The position numbers and the translations under genes were made by a program. Shown here one piece after another: positions 48,378-57,159 of a stretch of DNA of 64,000 nt; positions within the stretch are counted from its first letter, which is position 1, and the number at the start of each line of letters is the position of its first letter. The notes beneath the pieces are model-generated. The model was not told the DNA's origin and did no database searches. It saw only the letters and a program-made list of their open reading frames with translations. The stretch is from contig CAWDML010000008.1 in NCBI GenBank assembly GCA_963803435.1, positions 544,001 through 608,000 of the forward strand, read 5' to 3'. This stretch comes from an uncultured delta proteobacterium. GTDB taxonomy: Bacteria > Myxococcota > Kuafuiibacteriia > Kuafuiibacteriales > Kuafuiibacteriaceae.

Positions 48378-49823
48378 ATGCGACCGACGATCGTGCTGCT
48401 GGCGACCGCGCTCATGCCGGGGACCGCGTTCGCCGCCGATGTCGGGGAGATCGCGCTGGTGCCCGACGTCGGCGGTCAGATTCAGCAGACGATCTTGATC
48501 GGGAGCCGCTACCTCGGTCGCGCCGCCTGCGCGTTCTACCAGACCCACGCCGATCGGTACGACGTCCTCTTCGTCTTCTCTGCGATCCCGCTGAACGGGT
48601 TCACACGGACGCAGGAGGGCTGGTCGCTCCGCAGCGCGGCCATGGGGATCGGGCGCGACATCTACTTCGACACCACGGACAACTTCTGCACCACGCGTCT
48701 TCGCCATGCGGTCAAGATGGGCGATATCGTCTCCTTCAGCGACGATCCCGACGCGGTCTACACCGGTGCCATCGGCTTCACGCTCAGCGGCGTCCAGCTG
48801 ATGGGCCACGAGTTTGGTCACCAGTGGCTGGCCGGAGTGACGTTCGATCAGGGCGACGGGCGGCGCCGGTGTCTGCTTCGCGGGTTCAACCAGCCGGAGG
48901 AAACGCCGACGAACGCCGACTGCGAGGGCTACCGAAACAGCGACTTCAACATGCATTGGTCGTACTTCTTCAACACCGGCTCGGTGATGTACGGGAACGT
49001 CATCGAGGATCTGGGCGGCGGCCAGTTCAGGCTCACCAACCCGGGCGCCAAGTACTCCGAGCTCGACCAGTACCTGATGGGCCTGCGCGATCCGAGCGAG
49101 GTGTCGCCGATGTTTCTCGTCGATGTCGGTCCGCTCTCCTCGGACTCGACGCAGTTCCCGGTGCCCTCCGGTCAACCCGAGATCATCTCGGGCGAGCGAC
49201 TCGACTTCACGATCGAGGACGTGATCCGCGCCGAGGGCCCGCGCGCGCCCGCCACCGATCAGTGTCACTGGAAGGCCGCGTTCCTGATCGTGCACGAGGA
49301 TGGATCGCCGCCGACAGCCCAGGAGATCGCGCGCGTCGACGCTTACCGCCGCCGATGGGAGACGTTCTATCCCGACGCGACCGATCGGCGCGGATCATTC
49401 GATACCACGCTGTCGGGCACCGGGAACGGCACACCGGAGTGTCCGGCGACGGTGGAGCCGCCGTTGCCCGACGCGGGCGTGGCTCCCGATGCTGCGGCCG
49501 AGGTCGACGCTGCCGCCGCGCCCGACGCCGGCGCGCTCGACGCCGCGGCGGCCGACGCCTCCGCCGCCCACGGGCGGGACGCCGCGTTCCCCGACGCGCC
49601 TGAGGAGAAGGAGGAGGACCCGGGCGTCCGGTTCCTGCAGACGGGGGACTGCGACTGCACGACCACGACCGGCCGCGGCTCCGCGCTGTGGATCGCCGGC
49701 GTCCTTCTCCTGTTCGTGCGCAAGCTCAGGGGGTGTGGCTCATCTGGTCGAACTCCTCGCCGAACATCTCCTCCCAGGCCTCCAGACGGCGTACCGCGCC
49801 CTGCACGAAGGTCGTCCTGCTGA
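48378..49823 (+). CDS. Exported zinc metalloprotease-like protein with a MYXO-CTERM-like sorting tail
   Basis: Signal peptide ...TAFA; HEFGHQW; DAG-rich linker; GDCDC...WIAGVLLLFVRK. The stop overlaps the convergent gene. Confidence 0.8.
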   Translation: MRPTIVLLATALMPGTAFAADVGEIALVPDVGGQIQQTILIGSRYLGRAACAFYQTHADRYDVLFVFSAIPLNGFTRTQEGWSLRSAAMGIGRDIYFDTTDNFCTTRLRHAVKMGDIVSFSDDPDAVYTGAIGFTLSGVQLMGHEFGHQWLAGVTFDQGDGRRRCLLRGFNQPEETPTNADCEGYRNSDFNMHWSYFFNTGSVMYGNVIEDLGGGQFRLTNPGAKYSELDQYLMGLRDPSEVSPMFLVDVGPLSSDSTQFPVPSGQPEIISGERLDFTIEDVIRAEGPRAPATDQCHWKAAFLIVHEDGSPPTAQEIARVDAYRRRWETFYPDATDRRGSFDTTLSGTGNGTPECPATVEPPLPDAGVAPDAAAEVDAAAAPDAGALDAAAADASAAHGRDAAFPDAPEEKEEDPGVRFLQTGDCDCTTTTGRGSALWIAGVLLLFVRKLRGCGSSGRTPRRTSPPRPPDGVPRPARRSSC

Positions 49824-50493
49824 TCAGGTACAGCGTGAACCGGTTCAGCTGCGCCAGGACCCATGGGAGCGGGCGCACGAAGTCGACGAACAGCACGACG
49901 CGGATCTCGTCCGAGTCGTTCCAGGCCTCATGGAGGTGGGTGTCGTCGAAGATGAGGCTCTTGCCCTCTTCCCAGCGCGCCACGTCGGTCCCGACCTTGA
50001 TGCCGCAGGTCTCGGGCGCGGCCGGTACCTTGAGCGCGAGGTGGTAGCGAAGCACGCCCTTGAAGGGACCGCGATGGCGGGGGAGCCGCTTCTTCGGCCG
50101 CAGGATGGAGAAGAACGCCGTGGTTAGACCGGGGATCGCGGTGAGCAGCCGGTTCGTCTCGGGGCAGCGAGCGATGTTCTTGTCGTGCTGCGCCCCGTAG
50201 CCGCGGAAGAAGAACGTCTTCCAGCCGTCGTCCCTCGTGAGCATGCGCTGCTCCGGCTGGATGTCCTGAAAGTTCGGGATCAGATCGATCCGGGTCAGGA
50301 CCGTCTCGAGCTCCGCCTGGATCGGACGCCAGTTGCGCTCGAGCTCGGCGACCCACGGAAACTCGCCGGGATTGAAGAAGGTCCGGCGCCCGTTCCGCGT
50401 CTAGCGGATCATGCGCTCCTCGAACATGACGAACACGATGAAGACGAGTAAGACCGCCCGCTGTCCCCATCCGATCTTGGACTTGCCTGCCAA
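49726..50493 (-). pseudogene. Aspartyl/asparaginyl beta-hydroxylase (LpxO-like, Fe/2OG), interrupted by an in-frame TAG at 50401-50403
   Basis: FPWVAELERNW...W.TFF...CPET...FSIL.P...PRHRGP...LRYHL...FDDT.LHEAWN. TTG start at 50493 with an N-terminal TM; codon 31 is TAG. Confidence 0.8.
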
Positions 50494-50790
50494 CTATCCG
50501 ACCTCGGCGGGTTGCTCCGTAATGCGCCGCTTCTTGGCCTCGCGCAGCCGGGTGAGGACCTCGCCCAGGACGCCGCCGGCGATCGCGCCGCACAGGGCGC
50601 CCAGCAGCTGGGCTCGGATGAGCGCGTGCGCGGTCTCTCTGGCGATCTCCGCGCAGTTGCAGAGCGCCGAGCCGACGCTGGGCGTTTGAAACCACTCGAG
50701 GGCTTGGGGCGCGAGCACCATGGTCAGCGCGTCACCCGCGATCGCACCGAGCGCGAGAAACAGGAGAATGCGCTTGAGCACGTGGAGCAT
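50494..50790 (-). CDS. Small two-TM membrane protein
   Basis: Two hydrophobic helices flanking WFQTP...ALCNC. Confidence 0.75.
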   Translation of the reverse strand: MLHVLKRILLFLALGAIAGDALTMVLAPQALEWFQTPSVGSALCNCAEIARETAHALIRAQLLGALCGAIAGGVLGEVLTRLREAKKRRITEQPAEVG

Positions 50791-50814
50791 GAGTCGGAGT
50801 CTACCGTTCGCGCG

Positions 50815-52032
50815 ATGAGATCACGAGCGTTGCTGTTGGCCCTGCAGCTGTTCGCCTGCAGGAGCGCCGCGAGGGAGGTCACGGTCCGGGTCACGTCTTC
50901 GGGCGCGCCCGAGCCTGCCATCAACGTGTTCTTCTCGGACGCGAGCGGCGGGGTGATTGCACAACGAAAGACCGATGCCCGCGGCGAGGCGTCTGCGGCC
51001 GCCGCCGGAGGGTCGGTCACGATCGCCACCTACGATCCGGAGCTCGGGACCTACGAGCTCCTCACCATCCTCGAGACGCAAGATTCGGATCGCATTCTCG
51101 TCGAGCTGACGGCCTACCGGATGCCGGAGGTGGCGGCGGCCGTCGAGGTGGAGCTCCCCGGCGCGGTCGACGGGGCCGCCGGATACCGGCTGCTGGCCGC
51201 CTGTTCGGGCGCGCAAGCGAAGAGCGCGGGGACCCAGCGCCTGGACGTGCAGGCGCGCTGCCTCGGTCCCGATCGGAGGTTCACCACGGCTGCTCGCGCC
51301 GACGATGCGCAGGGCCGCCCGCTCGCCTACACGTTCGATCGCGATCGCAGGACGGTCTCCGCGACCATGTCGATCGCGCTTCCTCCGTGGCGCACCAGGT
51401 TCGTCCCGATCGAGGTCGACGTGTTGAACCCGCCGGCGAAGGCGAAGCTTCAGGCCACGGTCGATCCGGTGGTCGACGGCCTGTGCTCGCTGGGGAGCAC
51501 GATCGACGGGCCCTTCCCTCGGACGGTGCTGGTCCCCGCCGGCCTGAGCGATCAGGTCGAGGTGTCCGTCGTCGCCGAGTCGAAGGACCGAGGTCGCCGC
51601 GCGATCGCGACGCTGGTGAAGAGCGCTCCCCGCCTGGTGGTGAATACGTCCGAGCTGCTCCCGGCGATCGTCGGCGTGCGCTGGCGATCGACCGACGAGC
51701 AGCGCCCGACGATCGAGTATCAGCTCGACGGTGATGCGAGCGGCGCGGATGGCGTGTGGATCGGCGCGAGCTTCGGCGAGCCCAAGATCCGCGTCAACTG
51801 GACGACGCTCGCACCCCCGTCGTCCGGACCGATCCGGATCCCCGCGCTGCCGCCGAGCCTGGCCGAGTGGTCCCCCCGCGGACCCCCGCGCAGCGCGATC
51901 GTCACGATATTCGATCGCAGCGGGGTCGACGGTTGGCAGGAAGCGCGACGCTCTCCGACCGCATCCATGCGTCACGCCGTCGTTCGTGCCCCCGGTGACG
52001 ACCGGGTCCGCTTCAGCCAGGGACGACGGTAG
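50815..52032 (+). CDS. Hypothetical lipoprotein (beta-rich)
   Basis: MRSRALLLALQLFA-C lipobox; prealbumin-like N-terminal domain (VFFSDASG...TDARGEA). Confidence 0.72.
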   Translation: MRSRALLLALQLFACRSAAREVTVRVTSSGAPEPAINVFFSDASGGVIAQRKTDARGEASAAAAGGSVTIATYDPELGTYELLTILETQDSDRILVELTAYRMPEVAAAVEVELPGAVDGAAGYRLLAACSGAQAKSAGTQRLDVQARCLGPDRRFTTAARADDAQGRPLAYTFDRDRRTVSATMSIALPPWRTRFVPIEVDVLNPPAKAKLQATVDPVVDGLCSLGSTIDGPFPRTVLVPAGLSDQVEVSVVAESKDRGRRAIATLVKSAPRLVVNTSELLPAIVGVRWRSTDEQRPTIEYQLDGDASGADGVWIGASFGEPKIRVNWTTLAPPSSGPIRIPALPPSLAEWSPRGPPRSAIVTIFDRSGVDGWQEARRSPTASMRHAVVRAPGDDRVRFSQGRR

Positions 52033-52039
52033 CGCCGCT

Positions 52040-52957
52040 TCAGCGTCGGTTGCCGGTGAAGAGCAGGAGAGCGCCGGCGAGGGCGGTCAAGAGCGGGATG
52101 AAGAGGAGCGTGTGCCACGGGGGAGCTTCGGTCGGAGTCGAGACCAAGAGCTCCAGCAGCGGGGCGGGCGTGCCGGCCTCCTCCATCGGATCCTTCTTCA
52201 CCACCACCTCCGGGGTGCTCGGCGGCTGAGCGTGGAGGACGCGTCCGATCTCGGCGACGCGAACGGGATCCCGCGTGCTCGAGAGCAACGCCTGATCGCC
52301 CGTGACGATGGCGACCGACACGTGCGTGATCTGCTCGATCAGCTCGAGCCGCTTCTGGGGGATGCGCTGGCCCACGAGCACGTAGGCCAGGATCTCCTGC
52401 TCTCCGAATCGAACCGGGGCGAGCGCCACGTGGAAGGGACGCTCCGCCAGGACCCACAGGCCCGACACCGCGTTCGGCGAGGCGACCGCGCGCCGGAAGA
52501 CGGCCGTCGAGGCCAGGCTCCCGTACTGGACCGGTTCGCTCCCCGCAAACGCCCGCACGGTGCCGTCGGGCCCGAGCAGCGCTACCAGCTTCGACTTGGT
52601 GCCTACTGCGATGTCCTGGAGGAGATCCGACATCGTGGCCTCGTCCATTCCGGGCACCGGTATGGCCGCGCGGAGGCGCGCGTCGTCGGCGATCATCGAC
52701 GCGCGCGACTCGAGGCTCTTCCTCAGATCGGCCATGGAGCGCAGCATCAACTTCTCTGCGTCGCTCATGTCGTGGATGACCGCGTTCGACTTCTCGATCC
52801 CGAGCGTGCGCTCCAGCCAGAGATACCAGCCCACGTTCGCGGACAGGATCAGCGCGGCGCCGACAACCCGCGTTGCGCTGAGACGCGGTCGAGGCGCAGC
52901 GGCTTGACGCGGAGGCTGGGAGAGGGCGATCGGCGAGACGGTGGGCTGCGCTTTCAT
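52040..52957 (-). CDS. Membrane protein with a dCache-like periplasmic sensor domain and no output domain
   Basis: TM, then a Cache-like region (ADDARLRAA...VALLGPDGTVRA...VALAPVRFG), then a C-terminal TM; ATGA overlap with the kinase. Confidence 0.65.
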   Translation of the reverse strand: MKAQPTVSPIALSQPPRQAAAPRPRLSATRVVGAALILSANVGWYLWLERTLGIEKSNAVIHDMSDAEKLMLRSMADLRKSLESRASMIADDARLRAAIPVPGMDEATMSDLLQDIAVGTKSKLVALLGPDGTVRAFAGSEPVQYGSLASTAVFRRAVASPNAVSGLWVLAERPFHVALAPVRFGEQEILAYVLVGQRIPQKRLELIEQITHVSVAIVTGDQALLSSTRDPVRVAEIGRVLHAQPPSTPEVVVKKDPMEEAGTPAPLLELLVSTPTEAPPWHTLLFIPLLTALAGALLLFTGNRR

Positions 52958-54387
52958 GGCTCCGACTCGCCGATGACGGGCGTCAGGGTGGCGGCGATCT
53001 GTCCGCCGGCGCGGACCTCGATCTGACGGACGAAGGGCGCGAAGCCCTTCTTGTCCAGCCGGACCTCGACCGTGGTACCGATCGGGAGCCCTTCGATTTG
53101 CGACGGCGTGAGCTGGCCTGTGGGCTCGCCGTTGATGAACACGTGCGCGCCCGGCGGCGTGCTCTCGAGGCGAATGCTCCCGAAGGTCGCGGGCGGGGCG
53201 GCCGCTGGCTCGGACGCTCGCTGCGGGAGGTCCCGAGCGAAGAGGGTCACGCCGGCGATCAGCGCCACCGCGAGCAGCGCGACGGCGAGCCAGATCCCGC
53301 GGCTGGTGCTCGGCGAGCGTGGCGGCTCCTGCGAGCGGAGCTCGGGAGCGACCCACCCGGAGTTCGTGATCTCGGAGCGAATACCCATGCCCAAGCCGTC
53401 GACCAGGTCGCGGCTGTCGAACATCAACGGTTGGATCGCCTCCGCCGACTCGATCGGAAGCGATGCGTAGGCGATCTTGAGATCCGTGATCAACTCTTCG
53501 GCGGAGGCATAGCGCTCGCTGGGTGTCTTCTCCAGGCAGCGCATGATGACGCTCTCGAGCGCCGGCGGGGTGGTGCGTCGATAGCCGGACTCGCCCGTCG
53601 GAGCCGGCACGCGGGTGAGATGCGCCTGGACGATTCCGAACTTCGTCTCCTCATCGAACGGCGGGACCCCCGACGCCATGAAATAGAGCACGCATCCCAG
53701 CGAGTAGATGTCGGTGCGGGCGTCTGTGACCTCTCCACAGATCTGCTCGGGCGCCATGTATTTGGGCGTGCCCAGCAGGCTCGTCGACTCGGTGAGGTCA
53801 TCGGGTCCGCCGGAGCGCCCGTCCATGAGCTTGACCAGACCAAAGTCGAGCACCTTCGCCTGATCGGCGTCGTTCTCCTCCTGCCCGCCGACGAGCATGA
53901 CGTTGGCCGGCTTGAGGTCGCGGTGGACCACGTTCGAGGCGTGCGCCGCACGGAGCGCACGCGCGATCTGGACGGCGATGCGGACGATCCGCCGGAAAGG
54001 GAGCGGGCCTTCGTGCTGGACGATGTAGTCGAGGTGCTGTCCATCGAGATACTCCATCACGATGAACAGCTCGCCGGCGTCGGTCCGACCGTAGTCGTGG
54101 ATCGTCACCACGTTCGGATGGACGAGCTTGGCGAGGGTGGCGGCCTCCAGCATGAAGCGCTCCTTGGCCGACTCCTCGTCCCGCTCGTCCTCGGGCGTCG
54201 AGATCACCTTCACCGCGACCGGCCGATCGAGGTTGAGCTGCGTCGCGCGATAGACGATCCCGAAGCCGCCCTCCGCGATCCTTCGATCGAGCCGATAACG
54301 ACCGGCGAGGACCGGCCGCTCCGCCGCGCTTCCGCGCGGGTGATCAGTCAGATCGATGATCTCGGCCTCCTTGTTCGACTCGATCAT
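52954..54387 (-). CDS. Membrane Ser/Thr protein kinase with a PEGA domain
   Basis: IAEGGFG, VAVK, HRDLKPAN, DFG, GTPKYMAPE, TM, ESTPPGAHVFING. Confidence 0.93.
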   Translation of the reverse strand: MIESNKEAEIIDLTDHPRGSAAERPVLAGRYRLDRRIAEGGFGIVYRATQLNLDRPVAVKVISTPEDERDEESAKERFMLEAATLAKLVHPNVVTIHDYGRTDAGELFIVMEYLDGQHLDYIVQHEGPLPFRRIVRIAVQIARALRAAHASNVVHRDLKPANVMLVGGQEENDADQAKVLDFGLVKLMDGRSGGPDDLTESTSLLGTPKYMAPEQICGEVTDARTDIYSLGCVLYFMASGVPPFDEETKFGIVQAHLTRVPAPTGESGYRRTTPPALESVIMRCLEKTPSERYASAEELITDLKIAYASLPIESAEAIQPLMFDSRDLVDGLGMGIRSEITNSGWVAPELRSQEPPRSPSTSRGIWLAVALLAVALIAGVTLFARDLPQRASEPAAAPPATFGSIRLESTPPGAHVFINGEPTGQLTPSQIEGLPIGTTVEVRLDKKGFAPFVRQIEVRAGGQIAATLTPVIGESEP

Positions 54388-54397
54388 GGTCCGTCCC

Positions 54398-55399
54398 TCA
54401 CTGGCTCTTGCGCGCAGCATCGATCGTCGGTGCAGCGGACAAGTCCTTTCCCACGATGCCGACGCCGAGGAGCAAGAGCGCGAGCGCGAGCGCGATGAGG
54501 ATCCCCGCGCCCAGCGTGATCTCCTTCAGATCGAAGCGGCTGATCTGCTCCAGCTGCTCGTCGTTGAACGCGCTCTCCACCCCGGCGTGCGTGTCCTGAG
54601 TACGGTCGTGCGCCTCGTGCGGAGGCGGCGGCAGCGGCACGTGGATCGGAAGCGGCGGCGCTCGAGGGACGCGCTCGATCCGGGCGGCGACCAGGCTGGG
54701 GAACGGAGCGGGCGCCTCGTTGCGGCGTGCCTCGTCGATCTCCCGCATGAGATCCATCAGGAGCATCTGGAAGGGCGTGCCGATCGTCTCGGCGACCTCG
54801 ATCGCGGGGCCCGTCTCGATCGAGCCCGGCTCGACCGAGAGCATCAGGCGAAGCGCGTCGGCTCCGGTCAGCGCACCGTACTCCGCGTGCACGACCTCTC
54901 CACGCACCATGTGAATCGATCCGTTGCCGGGTGAAATCTTGACCCGCACCGAGCGGGCCCCGAGATGCATGATCTGCAGCAGATCGACCAGATTGAGTCG
55001 ATGAATGATGCTCTTGGAGCCGCTGGCCCCCTCGAAGGCTTTCCGTAAGGTGTCTTTCAGTTCCTCGCGGCTGAACGGCTTTACCAAGATGTCGAGCGCG
55101 CCTTCCTGAATCGCGCGCTTGTATTCGCTCGCCGTTGCGTCGGCGCTCATCAAGACCGTTGAGGTCGACAGCGAGTGGAGCTTCATCATCCGCATCAGAT
55201 CGAGCCCGCTGTAGTCGACCAGGCGGAGCTCGGAGAACACGATGACGAAGCGCGTCTTCGCCAGAAGATCGAACGCCTCTCGAGCCGAGCGTGCGATGAC
55301 TGCGCTCAACCCCAGCTTCGACATTTCCTCGACGAGAGGGTGAGCCCATCGATCGTCGGCGTCCACGATCAGAACGTTTCTCCCGGTTGTGCCTTGCAC
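54398..55399 (-). CDS. Response regulator receiver + DUF4388 (PATAN-like) domain + C-terminal TM
   Basis: VLIVDAD...VFSELRL (phospho-Asp replaced by Glu)...VKPF; LVDLLQIMHL...GSIHMVRGEVVHAE. Confidence 0.85.
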   Translation of the reverse strand: MQGTTGRNVLIVDADDRWAHPLVEEMSKLGLSAVIARSAREAFDLLAKTRFVIVFSELRLVDYSGLDLMRMMKLHSLSTSTVLMSADATASEYKRAIQEGALDILVKPFSREELKDTLRKAFEGASGSKSIIHRLNLVDLLQIMHLGARSVRVKISPGNGSIHMVRGEVVHAEYGALTGADALRLMLSVEPGSIETGPAIEVAETIGTPFQMLLMDLMREIDEARRNEAPAPFPSLVAARIERVPRAPPLPIHVPLPPPPHEAHDRTQDTHAGVESAFNDEQLEQISRFDLKEITLGAGILIALALALLLLGVGIVGKDLSAAPTIDAARKSQ

Positions 55400-55538
55400 G
55401 ACGAACCTTCCTCCGGCCGGTTATTGTTAGCACTAGGACGTGCATCCCGCGATGTCAGGTGGTGGACGCGAAGAGGGCGACGACCTGCGGGCGTGTCGGT
55501 GACGGCCGACCGGGATTTGACTCCCAGCCCTTCCGGAC

Positions 55539-56936
55539 TCAGTAAGACACGACGAACGAGCTGGTGAAGATGTCATTCCTGAACTCCTCAATTCCGCCGT
55601 ACTCACGGTTGTAGAGATACTCGGCTTTGATCGCGAGGTGCGGATTGATCACGCTCCTCAGACCACCGGTGAAGCGCATCTCTTTGGTGAGATACGCCCG
55701 CTCATTGGTCAGCGTCACGAGCGCGTCCCGCAGCTCCGCGCGCAGCATGCCGCCGAGGAACGGGAGGAACATGTAATCGATCTCGACGTAGCCCGAGTTC
55801 TTCAGCTCCAGCCCGAACACCCGGTCCGCCGCGAAGCCGGGTGAACGTCCCTTGATCCATTGGGCTTTCAGCGCAAACTCGGCCGTTCGATAGGTCAAAT
55901 CGGCGCCGACGAACCACATCGCGTCGTCGTTGTTGGTGGCCCGGTCTTGTGGGCCCCAGCTCCCAGAGCCGCCGATCTCGAGCTCGTGTCCGGCCATCGC
56001 GTCGATCATGCGTCCGAACGGGATGTTGATCGCGATGCGCCCGTTCACCGTCTTTCCCGAGTTCGAGTCGACCTCGTTGTAGAAGTGGAACTGCTCGGTC
56101 GTCGCTGAACCGTTGGTCACCGAGGCGGCCAGGATCAACCAATCGTCGAAGAGCTTCGTCCGTGCCTTGAGCCCGAGCTGGCTCCCTGTGGTGTAGCGCG
56201 CGACCAGCGACGGCGTGATCCCGAACCGTTCGTCGGACTTGCGCTCCTTGTACTCGATTCCGAACACTGGAAGCGTTTTACCGACGAAGATCGACGTTCC
56301 GCCGTCGTCGGTCAGCACCCACTCGACCTCCGCCAGATCGAGATCGAGGAAATCGCCCAAGGCGAAGTCGGATCCGGTCCTGGGTACGATGTTGAGGCTC
56401 GTGCGCAGGATCGCACGCTCCGCCACCGCGATCTCCATCCTCATGTTGACCTCGTTGACGATGAAGCCGGGCGCGCCCTTCGAATCGACACTGTCGAACC
56501 GATCGACCCCGGGAGCATCTCCCAGATCGGCGGCTTCACCGCGCGTGTTGATGGCCGTCGCCAGGATGTCGCCGAGAAAGACCCAGCCGTACCGCCCCGC
56601 GTACTCCGGGAACTGCTCGTTGCCCACGTCCCGGATCCAACCGACACCGCCGTTGCCGATCGGCACGAAGAAGCCGATGTCGCCATAGCCGCGGAAGCGA
56701 ATTTGGAACAGCTCGGGCGCTTTCTCCTCGTTCTGCGCCGCTTTCGCTTCCAGCTCCTCGAGCCGCGCTTGCTGCTCCTGGAGCATCTCCTTCATCTCGG
56801 CGATGTCGCCCTCCTGGTCGTTGGAGGGGAGGCTGGGCGCGACGGCGTCCTCCTCCTCACCCGCTGCGGTTGCAACCGAAGTTGACGACGTGATCCAGAT
56901 GAACAGCAGTGAGCCGGCGCCGCATCGTTGAACCAT
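55539..56936 (-). CDS. Putative outer-membrane porin-like beta-barrel with an N-terminal coiled coil
   Basis: Signal peptide, coiled coil (EMLQEQQARLEELE), amphipathic strands, terminal VVSY. Confidence 0.8.
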   Translation of the reverse strand: MVQRCGAGSLLFIWITSSTSVATAAGEEEDAVAPSLPSNDQEGDIAEMKEMLQEQQARLEELEAKAAQNEEKAPELFQIRFRGYGDIGFFVPIGNGGVGWIRDVGNEQFPEYAGRYGWVFLGDILATAINTRGEAADLGDAPGVDRFDSVDSKGAPGFIVNEVNMRMEIAVAERAILRTSLNIVPRTGSDFALGDFLDLDLAEVEWVLTDDGGTSIFVGKTLPVFGIEYKERKSDERFGITPSLVARYTTGSQLGLKARTKLFDDWLILAASVTNGSATTEQFHFYNEVDSNSGKTVNGRIAINIPFGRMIDAMAGHELEIGGSGSWGPQDRATNNDDAMWFVGADLTYRTAEFALKAQWIKGRSPGFAADRVFGLELKNSGYVEIDYMFLPFLGGMLRAELRDALVTLTNERAYLTKEMRFTGGLRSVINPHLAIKAEYLYNREYGGIEEFRNDIFTSSFVVSY

Positions 56937-57010
56937 CTGATGCCGAGAGATAGGCGAATAAAGACTCAGCCGCAACGAAGCCGGACTCGCCGAATTGGTG
57001 ACATCGCCGC

Positions 57011-57026
57011 CTGTCCAATTGGCCAG
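57011..57026. promoter_or_regulatory. Palindromic site CTGTCC-AATT-GGCCAG
   Basis: In the divergent porin/DHOR intergenic region; matches the site at 61080-61095. Confidence 0.45.
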
Positions 57027-57159
57027 GCAGGCGCCATCACACCGCCGCGGCGCGCAGGTTCGGCGAGCGGCGCGCATTCACAAGTCGATCTTCGCTCCTC
57101 CATGATTTGAACAGATCGGTTCCCACGCCGTTTCTGATTCACATGGAGGCCTAACAAGA

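Noticed and set aside
50401-50403. Pyrrolysine or recoded TAG
   Set aside because: TAG is used as a normal stop elsewhere in the window (for example 30875-30877 and 33118-33120), and no pyl genes are visible.
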